IMG/VR virus record: IMGVR_UViG_3300049070_000179
Location: 1-60,140 of that record
DNA: 60,140 nucleotides
Direction: 5' to 3' (one strand)
Source: a virus
Lineage: Duplodnaviria; Caudoviricetes
Shown here: piece after piece, positions 37,283-45,708 of the stretch
Layout: every line of letters begins with the position of its first letter
How positions within the stretch are numbered: position 1 is the first letter of the stretch
Made by a program: the position numbers and the translations under genes
The notes under the pieces: generated by a model
Databases searched by the model: none
What the model was told of the DNA's origin: nothing
What the model saw: only the letters and a program-made list of their open reading frames with translations

Positions 37283-38536
37283 CTAACCCTCATCCCCCTT
37301 ATTTGCCCCATTAACGCCACTTAAAAGCTCATCAACTAACGCGTAATGGCGCTTGCCAGGATTATCTATCTCTGGGTAGAGTACCTTTATCATAGCTCGA
37401 CGGCTCATGCCTTCATTAGCCATTCGCTGAAGCTTAATAAGTTGTGGAGAAGGCAGAACAGGTAAAATATCCTGGGAATCAGGATATCCACTGAATGGAC
37501 CGGGTAATTGGTACTCAGTAGGTTTGGCCTTTTTACCATCTACACCTATAGAAGTTTGAGGGTGTACAAAGGCCCTGTAAGGTTGTTCACCGTTACCCCC
37601 CACTAGCTCCACTATAAGCGCTGACTTTTTAAGTTGTGCTGAAGGTAAGCCTAGCCCGTCTAAAGTAGTGGCATGAGTTAAAAGAGTAAGGAACATGTTA
37701 ACCTTGCGACTCTCGGTTAACAGGGTTTTAAGCCTCTTGCCAGCGTCGGGTACTTCTTCGACAATGGAAGTCCACTCATCTATGAAAATACTGATTTTAT
37801 CATGCTGGAAGTAACCCATTAACCCGGCGGCCACGTCGCTGTATCTATCGTGCATGAGTAGTTCTAGGGATTCTAACGCCTGTCCAATAGCTTGCCAATT
37901 GCGGCCTGCACCAATTACGTCTATACCTAACAATTTAGAGGGTGAGTGCGGATCAATAGGAATAATTTGGGAGTCCTGAGTACGTCCAGCTATAAGATGC
38001 TTGGCTAAGGTACTTTTTCCAGAATCAGAACCCCCACCAACGATTAGACGCTGAGTCTTTAGTAAGATAGGTAAAAGTGGGGGTAGTTCCTGGGTAACAG
38101 GTAGTAAGGGTGTAGATTGTCCCTCTATTAACTTCGGTGAATTTCTAGTAGTATAAAAGAGCCATTTTTGCTCATCCTGGGCAGTAGGTGCTGAAGGAGC
38201 ACCATTGTAGGGCGCTGACAAAAGATGGCCGGGAATGATCTCGCTATCTTTGGCGACTGCTTTTGAACGGTAGATGTAATCACCTAGCGGAGTAGAGTGA
38301 AAAGCTAGGCCGGCCTCTCTTTGAGCTTTATGACGGTTAGCTTGGGTAGTAAGATAGTATTCGCGGCCTAGCAGAAGGTAAAAAAGCGCAACTGCTAAAA
38401 AAGTGACTACGAGAAGAGTTAGTAGGGTGAGGGCGATTAAGTGTAGGGTGGAAGCGGATAGACGCAGAAGGATAATGGCTATAGTGGTGAGAAGGGCAAG
38501 AGAGAGGAGAATCCAAAGCTTAGTTGAAAAGGCCAT
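37283..38536 (-). CDS. membrane-anchored FtsK/HerA-like ATPase
   Basis: Two N-terminal TMs, GGSDSGKST, IDPH, IFIDEW, ESRKVNM. Confidence 0.8.
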   Translation of the reverse strand: MAFSTKLWILLSLALLTTIAIILLRLSASTLHLIALTLLTLLVVTFLAVALFYLLLGREYYLTTQANRHKAQREAGLAFHSTPLGDYIYRSKAVAKDSEIIPGHLLSAPYNGAPSAPTAQDEQKWLFYTTRNSPKLIEGQSTPLLPVTQELPPLLPILLKTQRLIVGGGSDSGKSTLAKHLIAGRTQDSQIIPIDPHSPSKLLGIDVIGAGRNWQAIGQALESLELLMHDRYSDVAAGLMGYFQHDKISIFIDEWTSIVEEVPDAGKRLKTLLTESRKVNMFLTLLTHATTLDGLGLPSAQLKKSALIVELVGGNGEQPYRAFVHPQTSIGVDGKKAKPTEYQLPGPFSGYPDSQDILPVLPSPQLIKLQRMANEGMSRRAMIKVLYPEIDNPGKRHYALVDELLSGVNGANKGDEG

Positions 38537-38544
38537 TGTATCAC

Positions 38545-39000
38545 CTAGAATCTGGCTTGTCTTGCAGCCCGTACAGCTTCTACTATTTCTATTTGTCCTC
38601 TCGTGTGACGAGAGAAATCATGCAATATGTCTTGATCTATTAGTTTCCAGATTGAGTCGCTTCCTTCATTTTCTTTGCCGTAGGGGAAATTAGGCGTTCC
38701 AACCAAAAGAATAAAACCAATGTTTTGAACCTCAGCCAGTTTTTGAAAGGTATCAATTTTTATTTGATCTTCGCTAGCGATTAAGTTAAAGGCTGGTTTT
38801 ACTTCAAGATACCATCTTTTACCCGATAAATCTACAATAAAGAAATCAGGCAAGTACCAACCTGCCTTACCTAAGTCGAATCCTTCATGTTCATATTGAT
38901 ATTCAATTCCAAGTGCATCAAAGAATACAGCCCATCTGGCTTCCAATCGGCTTCTGAATTTATAGCCTTTGTAGACTGTCTCGATTGCCTTTAAGATCAC
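38545..39000 (-). CDS. PD-(D/E)XK endonuclease-like protein
   Basis: FRSRLEARWAVFFD, YLPDF, LEVK. Confidence 0.8.
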   Translation of the reverse strand: MILKAIETVYKGYKFRSRLEARWAVFFDALGIEYQYEHEGFDLGKAGWYLPDFFIVDLSGKRWYLEVKPAFNLIASEDQIKIDTFQKLAEVQNIGFILLVGTPNFPYGKENEGSDSIWKLIDQDILHDFSRHTRGQIEIVEAVRAARQARF

Positions 39001-39428
39001 TTCCTACACTCCCTCTCCGCGATTCTCTCCGCTTCCTTAACCGCTTCCTTCTGCATCTTCTCGATTCTCTTGCTGAGCCACCACTCAACCCACCTGTCAA
39101 TCTTATCTTCCCAGTACAGCACATGCCCGTGCATTTCTTCTGGCAGCCCTTCCCGCTCCCAGTACCACACTCTGTCCCAGCGCTGCCTGAACTCAAGCCA
39201 TAGCATGCCAGGGAATGCACTTAGAAAAATCAGGGCCATAAACTGGATATAGGGTCGGCTCTCTGGGTATACTAAGGCAGTCCACAGGCCCACCCATGCA
39301 ATTCCCCACACCGAGGTAAGCGTCCAACTCTGGCACCACACTGGCAAGTTGTAAACCGCTAGTGCCATCAAAAAGGACAAGGTAAAGAATAACAGACAAG
39401 ATAATAATAAAGTCATTGTAACCCCCAA
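38997..39428 (-). CDS. three-TM membrane protein
   Basis: Hydrophobic N-terminal helices. Confidence 0.55.
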   Translation of the reverse strand: MGVTMTLLLSCLLFFTLSFLMALAVYNLPVWCQSWTLTSVWGIAWVGLWTALVYPESRPYIQFMALIFLSAFPGMLWLEFRQRWDRVWYWEREGLPEEMHGHVLYWEDKIDRWVEWWLSKRIEKMQKEAVKEAERIAERECRK

Positions 39429-39724
39429 AGATCATTTGTGTATCCCCCTGGTACTATAGGAACTTGCCCTTGTCCCCGGTTAACCTACGCCGACCACGAA
39501 TTGGGCCGGCTCCAACAATATGGCAAATAGTGACAGATAAGCTTCTTTGATCCCCCCCAGGATGTCACCTATTTTACCCACTATCTCAACCCCTCGCAAA
39601 AATACATAGCGATGCAGCCAGATGAACAGCATAATAGACACTAAAAGCTGTAGTAGTTGCTCAATATGTCCCTGCTCATCCTTAATAACGAGGATGTAGA
39701 GGCGGGGGCGGGTTATGGCGAAGG

Positions 39725-39895
39725 TCATGATCCATCCTCGTCAAAGAGTGGCATGTCTATCTCGCCCGAACCATGACAGAGTTCGCAGTCTCCCGTACCG
39801 TTACACCAAAAGCAGCCCTCACCATGACAGAGTTCATGCTTGCCTGTGCCATTGCAAAATGGGCAGAGTTCTGCTATTAATGCAGTATCATTCAT
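39725..39895 (-). CDS. DnaJ-type CxxCxGxG zinc-finger microprotein (56 aa)
   Basis: CPFCNGTG, HELCHGEG, CFWCNGTG, CELCHGSG; below ORF-track cutoff. Confidence 0.7.
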   Translation of the reverse strand: MNDTALIAELCPFCNGTGKHELCHGEGCFWCNGTGDCELCHGSGEIDMPLFDEDGS

Positions 39896-40175
39896 CGAAT
39901 AAGCCTCCTAAATAGTCCTCTTCTATCTCTTCCTCTACCTGCTGCGCGACTTGTGGCATCATTTTAGCCCACTCTTCAAACCACTTTGGCGGGCGTTGCT
40001 CCATGTAGGCAACTAAGGCGGTGCGGATGAGATCAGATAAGGCACCGCGTCCTTTAGCCCGTTCATCGTTGAGATATTGCACAAGCTTAGGGTGATGATT
40101 GGCGACAGCGAAGGAGTATATATGGTGTTTAGGTTTGCCGTTTTGTTCTTCACTCATCGTCATCTTCCCACTCAA
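39888..40175 (-). CDS. RHH-like DNA-binding protein, ParR candidate
   Basis: IYSFAV...LVQYL...LSDLIRTALVAY with acidic tail, in parM operon. Confidence 0.55.
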   Translation of the reverse strand: MSGKMTMSEEQNGKPKHHIYSFAVANHHPKLVQYLNDERAKGRGALSDLIRTALVAYMEQRPPKWFEEWAKMMPQVAQQVEEEIEEDYLGGLFDE

Positions 40176-40560
40176 AATAGGTATCTACTGCTTCAAGCTG
40201 TCGCCATGATCCCACGATATTAGGCTTAAGCCCAATAAGGGAGTACAGCCAGGTTCTAAGCTGCCACCACTTATAGTGCAAGTCAAAGCCTCTGAGTTTT
40301 AGCTCAATGTTAACCTTGAAGTATCTGGTATCTAGCTGATAGCCTCCGTAACGCTGGAATAGGAGGAACCTCTTGAAGTGATCTCCGTGTGTATACAGTA
40401 CGCACCTACCGTCAACCGGATAAGCTTGCTGAGTACCGTTTACGTCAATTGAAGTGTATATACGGGTGACATTGTAGTATAAGATAGAGAGGATAAGCGT
40501 AACGGCTATTATACAGAGCGCTACTAAGAAGATGATGAACCATTTAATATCTTCGCTCAT
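40150..40560 (-). CDS. N-terminally anchored membrane protein
   Basis: TM helix at residues 7-28. Confidence 0.5.
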   Translation of the reverse strand: MSEDIKWFIIFLVALCIIAVTLILSILYYNVTRIYTSIDVNGTQQAYPVDGRCVLYTHGDHFKRFLLFQRYGGYQLDTRYFKVNIELKLRGFDLHYKWWQLRTWLYSLIGLKPNIVGSWRQLEAVDTYFEWEDDDE

Positions 40561-40928
40561 TCTCCTAGTACCTCCAGATAAGCATCTAAAAGAGCCTCAG
40601 CCATATTGCTATTACTATAGCCCGTAGCTCTGCATCTTGATGGAATAATAACAATAGCCTCATAGCCAGATTCAGGGGTGTAGTGAATCTCCAGGAACCA
40701 TTGGCGCTGAATAATAGCCTGCTGTGTGACCCATTGGATTCTTGCTAGTCCCTCTACATTAACTATACTGGCGTAAGCTCCTGTGCAATCAATGTGTACT
40801 ACCTGCCAACCTGTTCCGGTTTTGATGTAGTAATTCTCAAATTCTTCATGCCAGTCCTGGTTAGGACGCGTCTCTCGTTTGCACAGGGTAGGTTCCAAAA
40901 TAGCCCACTGGGCTAGAAGTTCCTTCAC
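40557..40928 (-). CDS. hypothetical protein
   Basis: Operon packing. Confidence 0.55.
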   Translation of the reverse strand: MKELLAQWAILEPTLCKRETRPNQDWHEEFENYYIKTGTGWQVVHIDCTGAYASIVNVEGLARIQWVTQQAIIQRQWFLEIHYTPESGYEAIVIIPSRCRATGYSNSNMAEALLDAYLEVLGE

Positions 40929-41073
40929 CTCATCGCCTCCCTTATCTCGTAAACAAAAACAGCAGCCATCATCCCAGCAAGGTAAGAATAGTGTGGGGGG
41001 AAGTCAAAATACCAAACTACAGCCAAACCTCCGAGTGCTACAATGAGAGCTAGAATAAGTGTAAATAGTGCGT

Positions 41074-42018
41074 TCACTTCATCACCTTCCGAGCCGCTAG
41101 ATATCCAAGTACCACGTCCCATTGATCGCCTACTATAACCTCCGGGTCGTCTATCCTTAGCTTCTTGCCCACCAGGGAGGCTCCCCCACCGCTAACGATA
41201 AAATGCGTCAGTTTGTTAAGGGGTACAACTTGATAGCTACTCCAATTTTTATCTACCAGGGCCTGTATACTCTGTGCGAAGTTGCCTAGATCAAGCTTAA
41301 CACCGGCGATTTGTCCAACTTGCAAGCCTCTGTCGATCTCATAGTCACTGTAGCGGACTCCGGGCTTGCTCTTGTTAAGGAGGTTGTGAAGCAGGGGTAA
41401 GGTAGTGCGGGTACCTCTGTTGTCTGAAGTACACTGTGTCCTAATAGCTTCAGGCCGGCCACCTTTGCTCAATTGTACGGTAGCCATCTCAACCGTGTGT
41501 GAGCCGATATTAAGCACGCCAACCATTGCGTCTTGATCGAGGGAGAGGTAACGGAAGATGGGGCCGAAGTTCTGCGTTAATATCCGCATCTCAGTAATGG
41601 TAATGCGCTGACGAGGTTGGTCGGGCCGCTGAATAATGTGGAAGCCTAGCAGGGACTCCCGGAACTGTTGGCGCAACTCCTTGTTAAGGTAGTCGCTAAA
41701 GGGTAAGCCAGTAACTATCTCAACTTCGATCTTGCTGGCCTTAGTCGTCTCCGAGATGGCGTATAGCAGGAGAGCGCGCCATTGGGGGCTGAGTATCCAG
41801 TCGCTGTTTTGCATGTCAATTGTGAGCATACTTTGTCGGAGGGCGGAGTCGCCCACTAAATAAGAGTGGTTGGCAACCTCTATTTGCTGTGTACCGTTGG
41901 AGAATAGGTCTAATTCGTAAGCAGAGACTTCACCAACAACTGAGGGGAAGCACAGCCTTTTATTGACCTGAGATAGAGCCTTAACGTAACTATAGCCCGC
42001 GTCGTAAAATAAGATCAT
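41074..42018 (-). CDS. parM: ParM/StbA-family actin-like ATPase
   Basis: DAGYSYVK, FPSVVG, YLVGDSA, IVTGLP, NIGSHT, VSGGGA. Confidence 0.85.
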   Translation of the reverse strand: MILFYDAGYSYVKALSQVNKRLCFPSVVGEVSAYELDLFSNGTQQIEVANHSYLVGDSALRQSMLTIDMQNSDWILSPQWRALLLYAISETTKASKIEVEIVTGLPFSDYLNKELRQQFRESLLGFHIIQRPDQPRQRITITEMRILTQNFGPIFRYLSLDQDAMVGVLNIGSHTVEMATVQLSKGGRPEAIRTQCTSDNRGTRTTLPLLHNLLNKSKPGVRYSDYEIDRGLQVGQIAGVKLDLGNFAQSIQALVDKNWSSYQVVPLNKLTHFIVSGGGASLVGKKLRIDDPEVIVGDQWDVVLGYLAARKVMK

Positions 42019-42305
42019 ACCTGCTCACCTCCCATCATTTTTAGCCAACCAACTATCGGATTAGGGGACTCTTCATCTTGCAGCCAATGGAGCGCTAAAA
42101 AAGCGCGGTCCCGGTTAAAGGCGTCCTCATTGCCAGCGGGCCAATTGTGCCAAATGTCGGCCTCGTTTAGCTTGTGCTCTAATGTAGTGATCTGAGCATC
42201 AATAGCCTGGTGAACATCTTCATCTAAAAGGGTGAGCGGGGGCAGCACTTCTTTGAGCTTCTGTAACTCATTGATGGTAAAAAGGATGTCGGGTTGAGTT
42301 CTCAT
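42015..42305 (-). CDS. hypothetical protein
   Basis: Operon packing. Confidence 0.55.
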   Translation of the reverse strand: MRTQPDILFTINELQKLKEVLPPLTLLDEDVHQAIDAQITTLEHKLNEADIWHNWPAGNEDAFNRDRAFLALHWLQDEESPNPIVGWLKMMGGEQV

Positions 42306-42562
42306 AATTTAGCGGCCTCTTCTTTGAGTAACTTAATGCAGTATCGCATGACCATCCAATCCATTACGTATATTTTAGAGCCATCTAAGTTTGGCTCTTC
42401 ATCGGGATAGTCGGGATCACCTACAGCCTTGTCCATTGCTTTAACAAATTCTAGATTCTCCGGTGTATTGGGTAGCTCGAAGTCATTAGAGGTATGGTTG
42501 CTGAATTCATCAGCAGCCAATTCCAACATCTGAGCGGCAACTAAAAGCGCTGTTTTGTTCAT
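42302..42562 (-). CDS. hypothetical protein
   Basis: Operon packing. Confidence 0.55.
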   Translation of the reverse strand: MNKTALLVAAQMLELAADEFSNHTSNDFELPNTPENLEFVKAMDKAVGDPDYPDEEPNLDGSKIYVMDWMVMRYCIKLLKEEAAKL

Positions 42563-42665
42563 TATAACGCCCCTAAGAGGTACAGGAGGGATACTAGCCC
42601 ATACCCCATTAGCAAGAAAAGCACCATCAAGAGAAGGGTTGCGCCAATTGTCCAGAGTCTTTGTG

Positions 42666-42896
42666 TCATTTGTTATTCCCTAGTCGTCGCTGGACACTAA
42701 TACCCCAACTTGTTGCTCCAGGAATATATCGCCTGTCATTACAAAGGCGGGCAAGCCGTCTCATAGTTGAGGGAGTTAAGTTCCTGTAATACCTGATCTT
42801 AGCAGCAAAAGTCATAGGTCCTGGCTTTAGTCCGTCTTGAACTTCAGCCACCATAATACCCGCCTTCTCACCGTAAGTTATTCTTTTGTGTGTCAT
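42666..42896 (-). CDS. hypothetical protein
   Basis: AGGAG RBS, first gene after promoter. Confidence 0.55.
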   Translation of the reverse strand: MTHKRITYGEKAGIMVAEVQDGLKPGPMTFAAKIRYYRNLTPSTMRRLARLCNDRRYIPGATSWGISVQRRLGNNK

Positions 42897-42932
42897 TTAC
42901 TAGCTCCTACGTTCTATTATATACTGTTAATA

Positions 42933-42961
42933 ATACTATCATAAGTTGTGCGGGTTGTCAA
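42933..42961 (-). promoter_or_regulatory. leftward promoter of parM operon
   Basis: TTGACA-17 nt-TAGTAT with extended TG. Confidence 0.7.
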
Positions 42962-43061
42962 TAAGTTTATTAAAGGTTTAATAATAGGACGATGAAAAGA
43001 GATGCTAGAAATGAGTAAGCTTCGCATACTAATCTGACTACAAAGTCGTGTAAGAAAAGGG

Positions 43062-43090
43062 TTGACAAAAACCCAACGTTGGGTTATAAT
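43062..43090 (+). promoter_or_regulatory. perfect-consensus promoter with 16-bp palindromic operator
   Basis: TTGACA-17-TATAAT; AACCCAACGTTGGGTT at 43070-43085. Confidence 0.85.
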
Positions 43091-43132
43091 AAGGGTATAA
43101 AGTTAATCAATTAGTTTGTTAAGGAGAACCCA

Positions 43133-43639
43133 ATGAAAAACACCAATAAACACACCGCTACCCGCAAGGCCCAAACTGGAAGCATTGTTGAAGTCACCGT
43201 TGAGCGCGGCACTTGGGAAGAAAAACTCACCTCCGATGGTTGGGACACCGGCTCAACCAAAACCCACCTGATAGATGAGACCCGCATCGTTTTACGCGAT
43301 AAGAGCGGCAAAGAAGTTATGAGAGGCGATAAGGTCAGCGCCATAAATCCCAAGCTGTACAACAACTACAAAGAACTAACCGCCAAAGGCGCGGTTGCCA
43401 GGGTTGGCGATGCTTTTATCGGACAGGCCACCTTAGACCTCATCAATGAGGCCCTGACTGAGGCAGACGCCGCCACTCCCAGGACGGCCCTCCAGATCGA
43501 AATCGAGACCGACAAAGCCAACCGGAAAGCCGCCGCCGAAGCCTGGAAGAACTCGCCTGAAGGAAAAGCGGCCCAGGAAGAGCAAGGGCGATACGAAGCT
43601 TTTAAGCGAGAAATGGAACGCCCCGATTCTGACTACTAA
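43133..43639 (+). CDS. early hypothetical protein
   Basis: TAAGGAG RBS. Confidence 0.7.
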   Translation: MKNTNKHTATRKAQTGSIVEVTVERGTWEEKLTSDGWDTGSTKTHLIDETRIVLRDKSGKEVMRGDKVSAINPKLYNNYKELTAKGAVARVGDAFIGQATLDLINEALTEADAATPRTALQIEIETDKANRKAAAEAWKNSPEGKAAQEEQGRYEAFKREMERPDSDY

Positions 43640-43690
43640 ATTTATAGCCGCCCCGCCGGTGGCCTTGTAACCGGCAAGAAAGGTCAAGCA

Positions 43691-43942
43691 ATGTTAGAGC
43701 AACTAAGAAAACGAGAGCTAGAAGTAATCAAAAAACAAGCTATCAACAGTGAACGAATGGCCGCTATCAATGCCGAACTTCAACGTCTGGAGTCGGTTTA
43801 CTCCGACCGGGCCAGCTATATGGAAAATTGCCGCCACTTGGCTCAGGAATATGATACCCTGAAGGGTCAGAATGAAGCCTTGCAGAGTGAACTCCTTTGG
43901 ATTACCGACCAGATAACTAACATCGAGTATGAGCTAATCTAA
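43691..43942 (+). CDS. coiled-coil hypothetical protein
   Basis: AAAGG RBS. Confidence 0.55.
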   Translation: MLEQLRKRELEVIKKQAINSERMAAINAELQRLESVYSDRASYMENCRHLAQEYDTLKGQNEALQSELLWITDQITNIEYELI

Positions 43943-44138
43943 TGATCCTACTTCGCAACCTCGTAATGTTTATCTCTATCGTTATCTTTCGTCTCCCTCC
44001 CTAGCGCTGGCCCTCTGCCTGGCGTGATATTCAGGCAGATCACCAAGCTCAGGTACACCGTGACATTTTAGCCTTGCGACTGGCTGGACGGGTGAGGCAG
44101 GATGAGGATGGGCGACTATGGAGTAATAAGGAGCAACA

Positions 44139-44549
44139 ATGAAAAAAGTAATTATTCCTCAGAAAATGAACGGTACAGGAACTATCCACGACATCGCCTC
44201 TCAGCATTATGATCGTGAAATCAAGTTCCCGAAAGGCGCTAAGTTCGCGGTTGTTCTGGCCTCCTACTACGGCGACCATTATAGCACTCACAAAACCGAA
44301 GGCGCTACTATCCAGGCTGATAGGCGACAAAGCGAATTCAGTCGCCAGATTATTGGGGTTGATGGGTATATGTACGAGGTAGGCTACGATGAGCTTACCC
44401 GCTATCCAATGGATGAGCCTTACGAGGTTCAGGACTTTGAAGAAGTTACAGAAGCTGGCGCTACTCTGGGTAGTTCTACCTCCGAAGCTAAAGGAAGGGC
44501 TGCCAGAAACAACGGTAAAAAGGGTGGCCGGCCACCTAAAGTGCGATAG
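44139..44549 (+). CDS. hypothetical protein with C-terminal basic DNA-binding tail
   Basis: TSEAKGRAARNNGKKGGRP; TAAGGAG RBS. Confidence 0.65.
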   Translation: MKKVIIPQKMNGTGTIHDIASQHYDREIKFPKGAKFAVVLASYYGDHYSTHKTEGATIQADRRQSEFSRQIIGVDGYMYEVGYDELTRYPMDEPYEVQDFEEVTEAGATLGSSTSEAKGRAARNNGKKGGRPPKVR

Positions 44550-44590
44550 TTCGGATACGTTGAACTGTTTGAAAATTCGCATAATAACCC

Positions 44591-44619
44591 TTGACACCGC
44601 CCTAGAAAAGTAATAAGAT
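44591..44619 (+). promoter_or_regulatory. sigma70 promoter
   Basis: TTGACA-17-TAAGAT. Confidence 0.7.
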
Positions 44620-44656
44620 TGTTGTTAGAAACGCAACAGAGAAAGGACTTTTCAAG

Positions 44657-45004
44657 ATGACTACAATTAAGTTGGATAAAGTTTCTGGTAAGAAAGTAAT
44701 CAGCACAGGCGACCTAGTTTACTGCAATACTAAGTACCATGCTCCCTATCTGGCCGTTATTGATGACAACGGTAATCCAATCTGGCAAGAGAAAGTTTAC
44801 ATTGGTTACGGCAAACATCGGGAAACATACTACTCAGTTGAAGGCTTACAGGCCGGTGACATTATCAAAGCTGCCGGAGGCTCAGGTGGGAATAAATATC
44901 CGTATGTGGGCCGTGTTGTTTCCGTAAGTGATACTCACCTGGAAGTTGAGCCGATTTCCGAAAAAGAGATGAGCAACATTTTGGCAGAAAGAAGCGCTGC
45001 GTGA
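44657..45004 (+). CDS. hypothetical protein
   Basis: AAAGGA RBS. Confidence 0.6.
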   Translation: MTTIKLDKVSGKKVISTGDLVYCNTKYHAPYLAVIDDNGNPIWQEKVYIGYGKHRETYYSVEGLQAGDIIKAAGGSGGNKYPYVGRVVSVSDTHLEVEPISEKEMSNILAERSAA

Positions 45005-45222
45005 CCATCGGCGCTTTCATCCGGCTTAAGCGCCTCTCTAAGGGTCTCTCTCAGCAGTATTTTGCTACTCAGCTAGGTTTCGGTAACCGTTCGACGTATC
45101 ATCGGTTAGAAAGTGGGCGATCAAGGTGGCGACTAGAGGACTTTATCAAGGTGGCGCTGTTGCTGGATGAGCGGCCTGGAAGATTGCTAGACGAATTTTT
45201 GGCAGAGAGGGGGACGCAATGA
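45001..45222 (+). CDS. XRE/Cro-family HTH regulator
   Basis: IRLKRLSKGLSQQYFATQLG...YHRLESG. Confidence 0.85.
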   Translation: MTIGAFIRLKRLSKGLSQQYFATQLGFGNRSTYHRLESGRSRWRLEDFIKVALLLDERPGRLLDEFLAERGTQ

Positions 45223-45245
45223 AGCGCGAATCCTAACCCCCTTTA

Positions 45246-45317
45246 ACCCTCATAGCTTAACGGTCCAAGCATCAGCCTTATAAGCTGAAGTTCCAAGTTC
45301 GACTCTTGGTGGGGGTA
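45246..45317 (+). tRNA. tRNA-Ile (anticodon UAU)
   Basis: Cloverleaf: ACCCTCA/TGGGGGT, GCTT/AAGC, TCAGC-CTTATAA-GCTGA, CCAAG-TTCGACT-CTTGG; no encoded CCA. Confidence 0.85.
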
Positions 45318-45448
45318 CATACCACATAGCGACTCTGTAGTTCTCTGAGGTGTCTCGCCCGTACAGCTTGAATATCGGGCCTAGCAAGAGGTAGTCAAGC
45401 CTGAGGTGAGTCGCAACTAATATATAATGGCCTCGCTAAAAGCTCCTT

Positions 45449-45522
45449 GTGGGCAGATAGAATCAAAGATGCATTGTCGCTTAGGACGGCAAATCCCGGA
45501 GAGTGTAACCGGGAACCCACCA
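45449..45522 (+). ncRNA. degenerate tRNA-Leu(UAG)-like element
   Basis: TTGTCG-CTTAGGA-CGGCAA anticodon arm, CCCGG/CCGGG stem, GTGGG/CCCAC closing stem, ends ACCA. Confidence 0.4.
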
Positions 45523-45556
45523 TTAACCAACTAAGCCATAAGTAAGGAGGTATAAA

Positions 45557-45607
45557 ATGCGCCGCTCTCCCCTAAAACGCGGCTACTACCTAACATTTAT
45601 CCAGTAA
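45557..45607 (+). CDS. 16-aa leader-like peptide
   Basis: TAAGGAGG RBS; MRRSPLKRGYYLTFIQ*. Confidence 0.45.
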   Translation: MRRSPLKRGYYLTFIQ

Positions 45608-45615
45608 ACTTAGAT

Positions 45616-45679
45616 AGGCCCTGCTCACTCTACTAACCCTTTAGCGGGGGTAGTGGTGGCTCAGGTGGGGCCTTTTTTT
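45616..45679 (+). terminator. long hairpin with T7 tract
   Basis: AGGCCC...GGGCCT TTTTTT. Confidence 0.55.
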
Positions 45680-45708
45680 AACCCTCTTTTTACGAAAGGA
45701 TTCTAAAA

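Noticed and set aside
45277-45283. Ochre suppressor tRNA (anticodon TTA)
   Set aside because: The 5-bp stem defines a 7-nt loop CTTATAA whose centre is TAT
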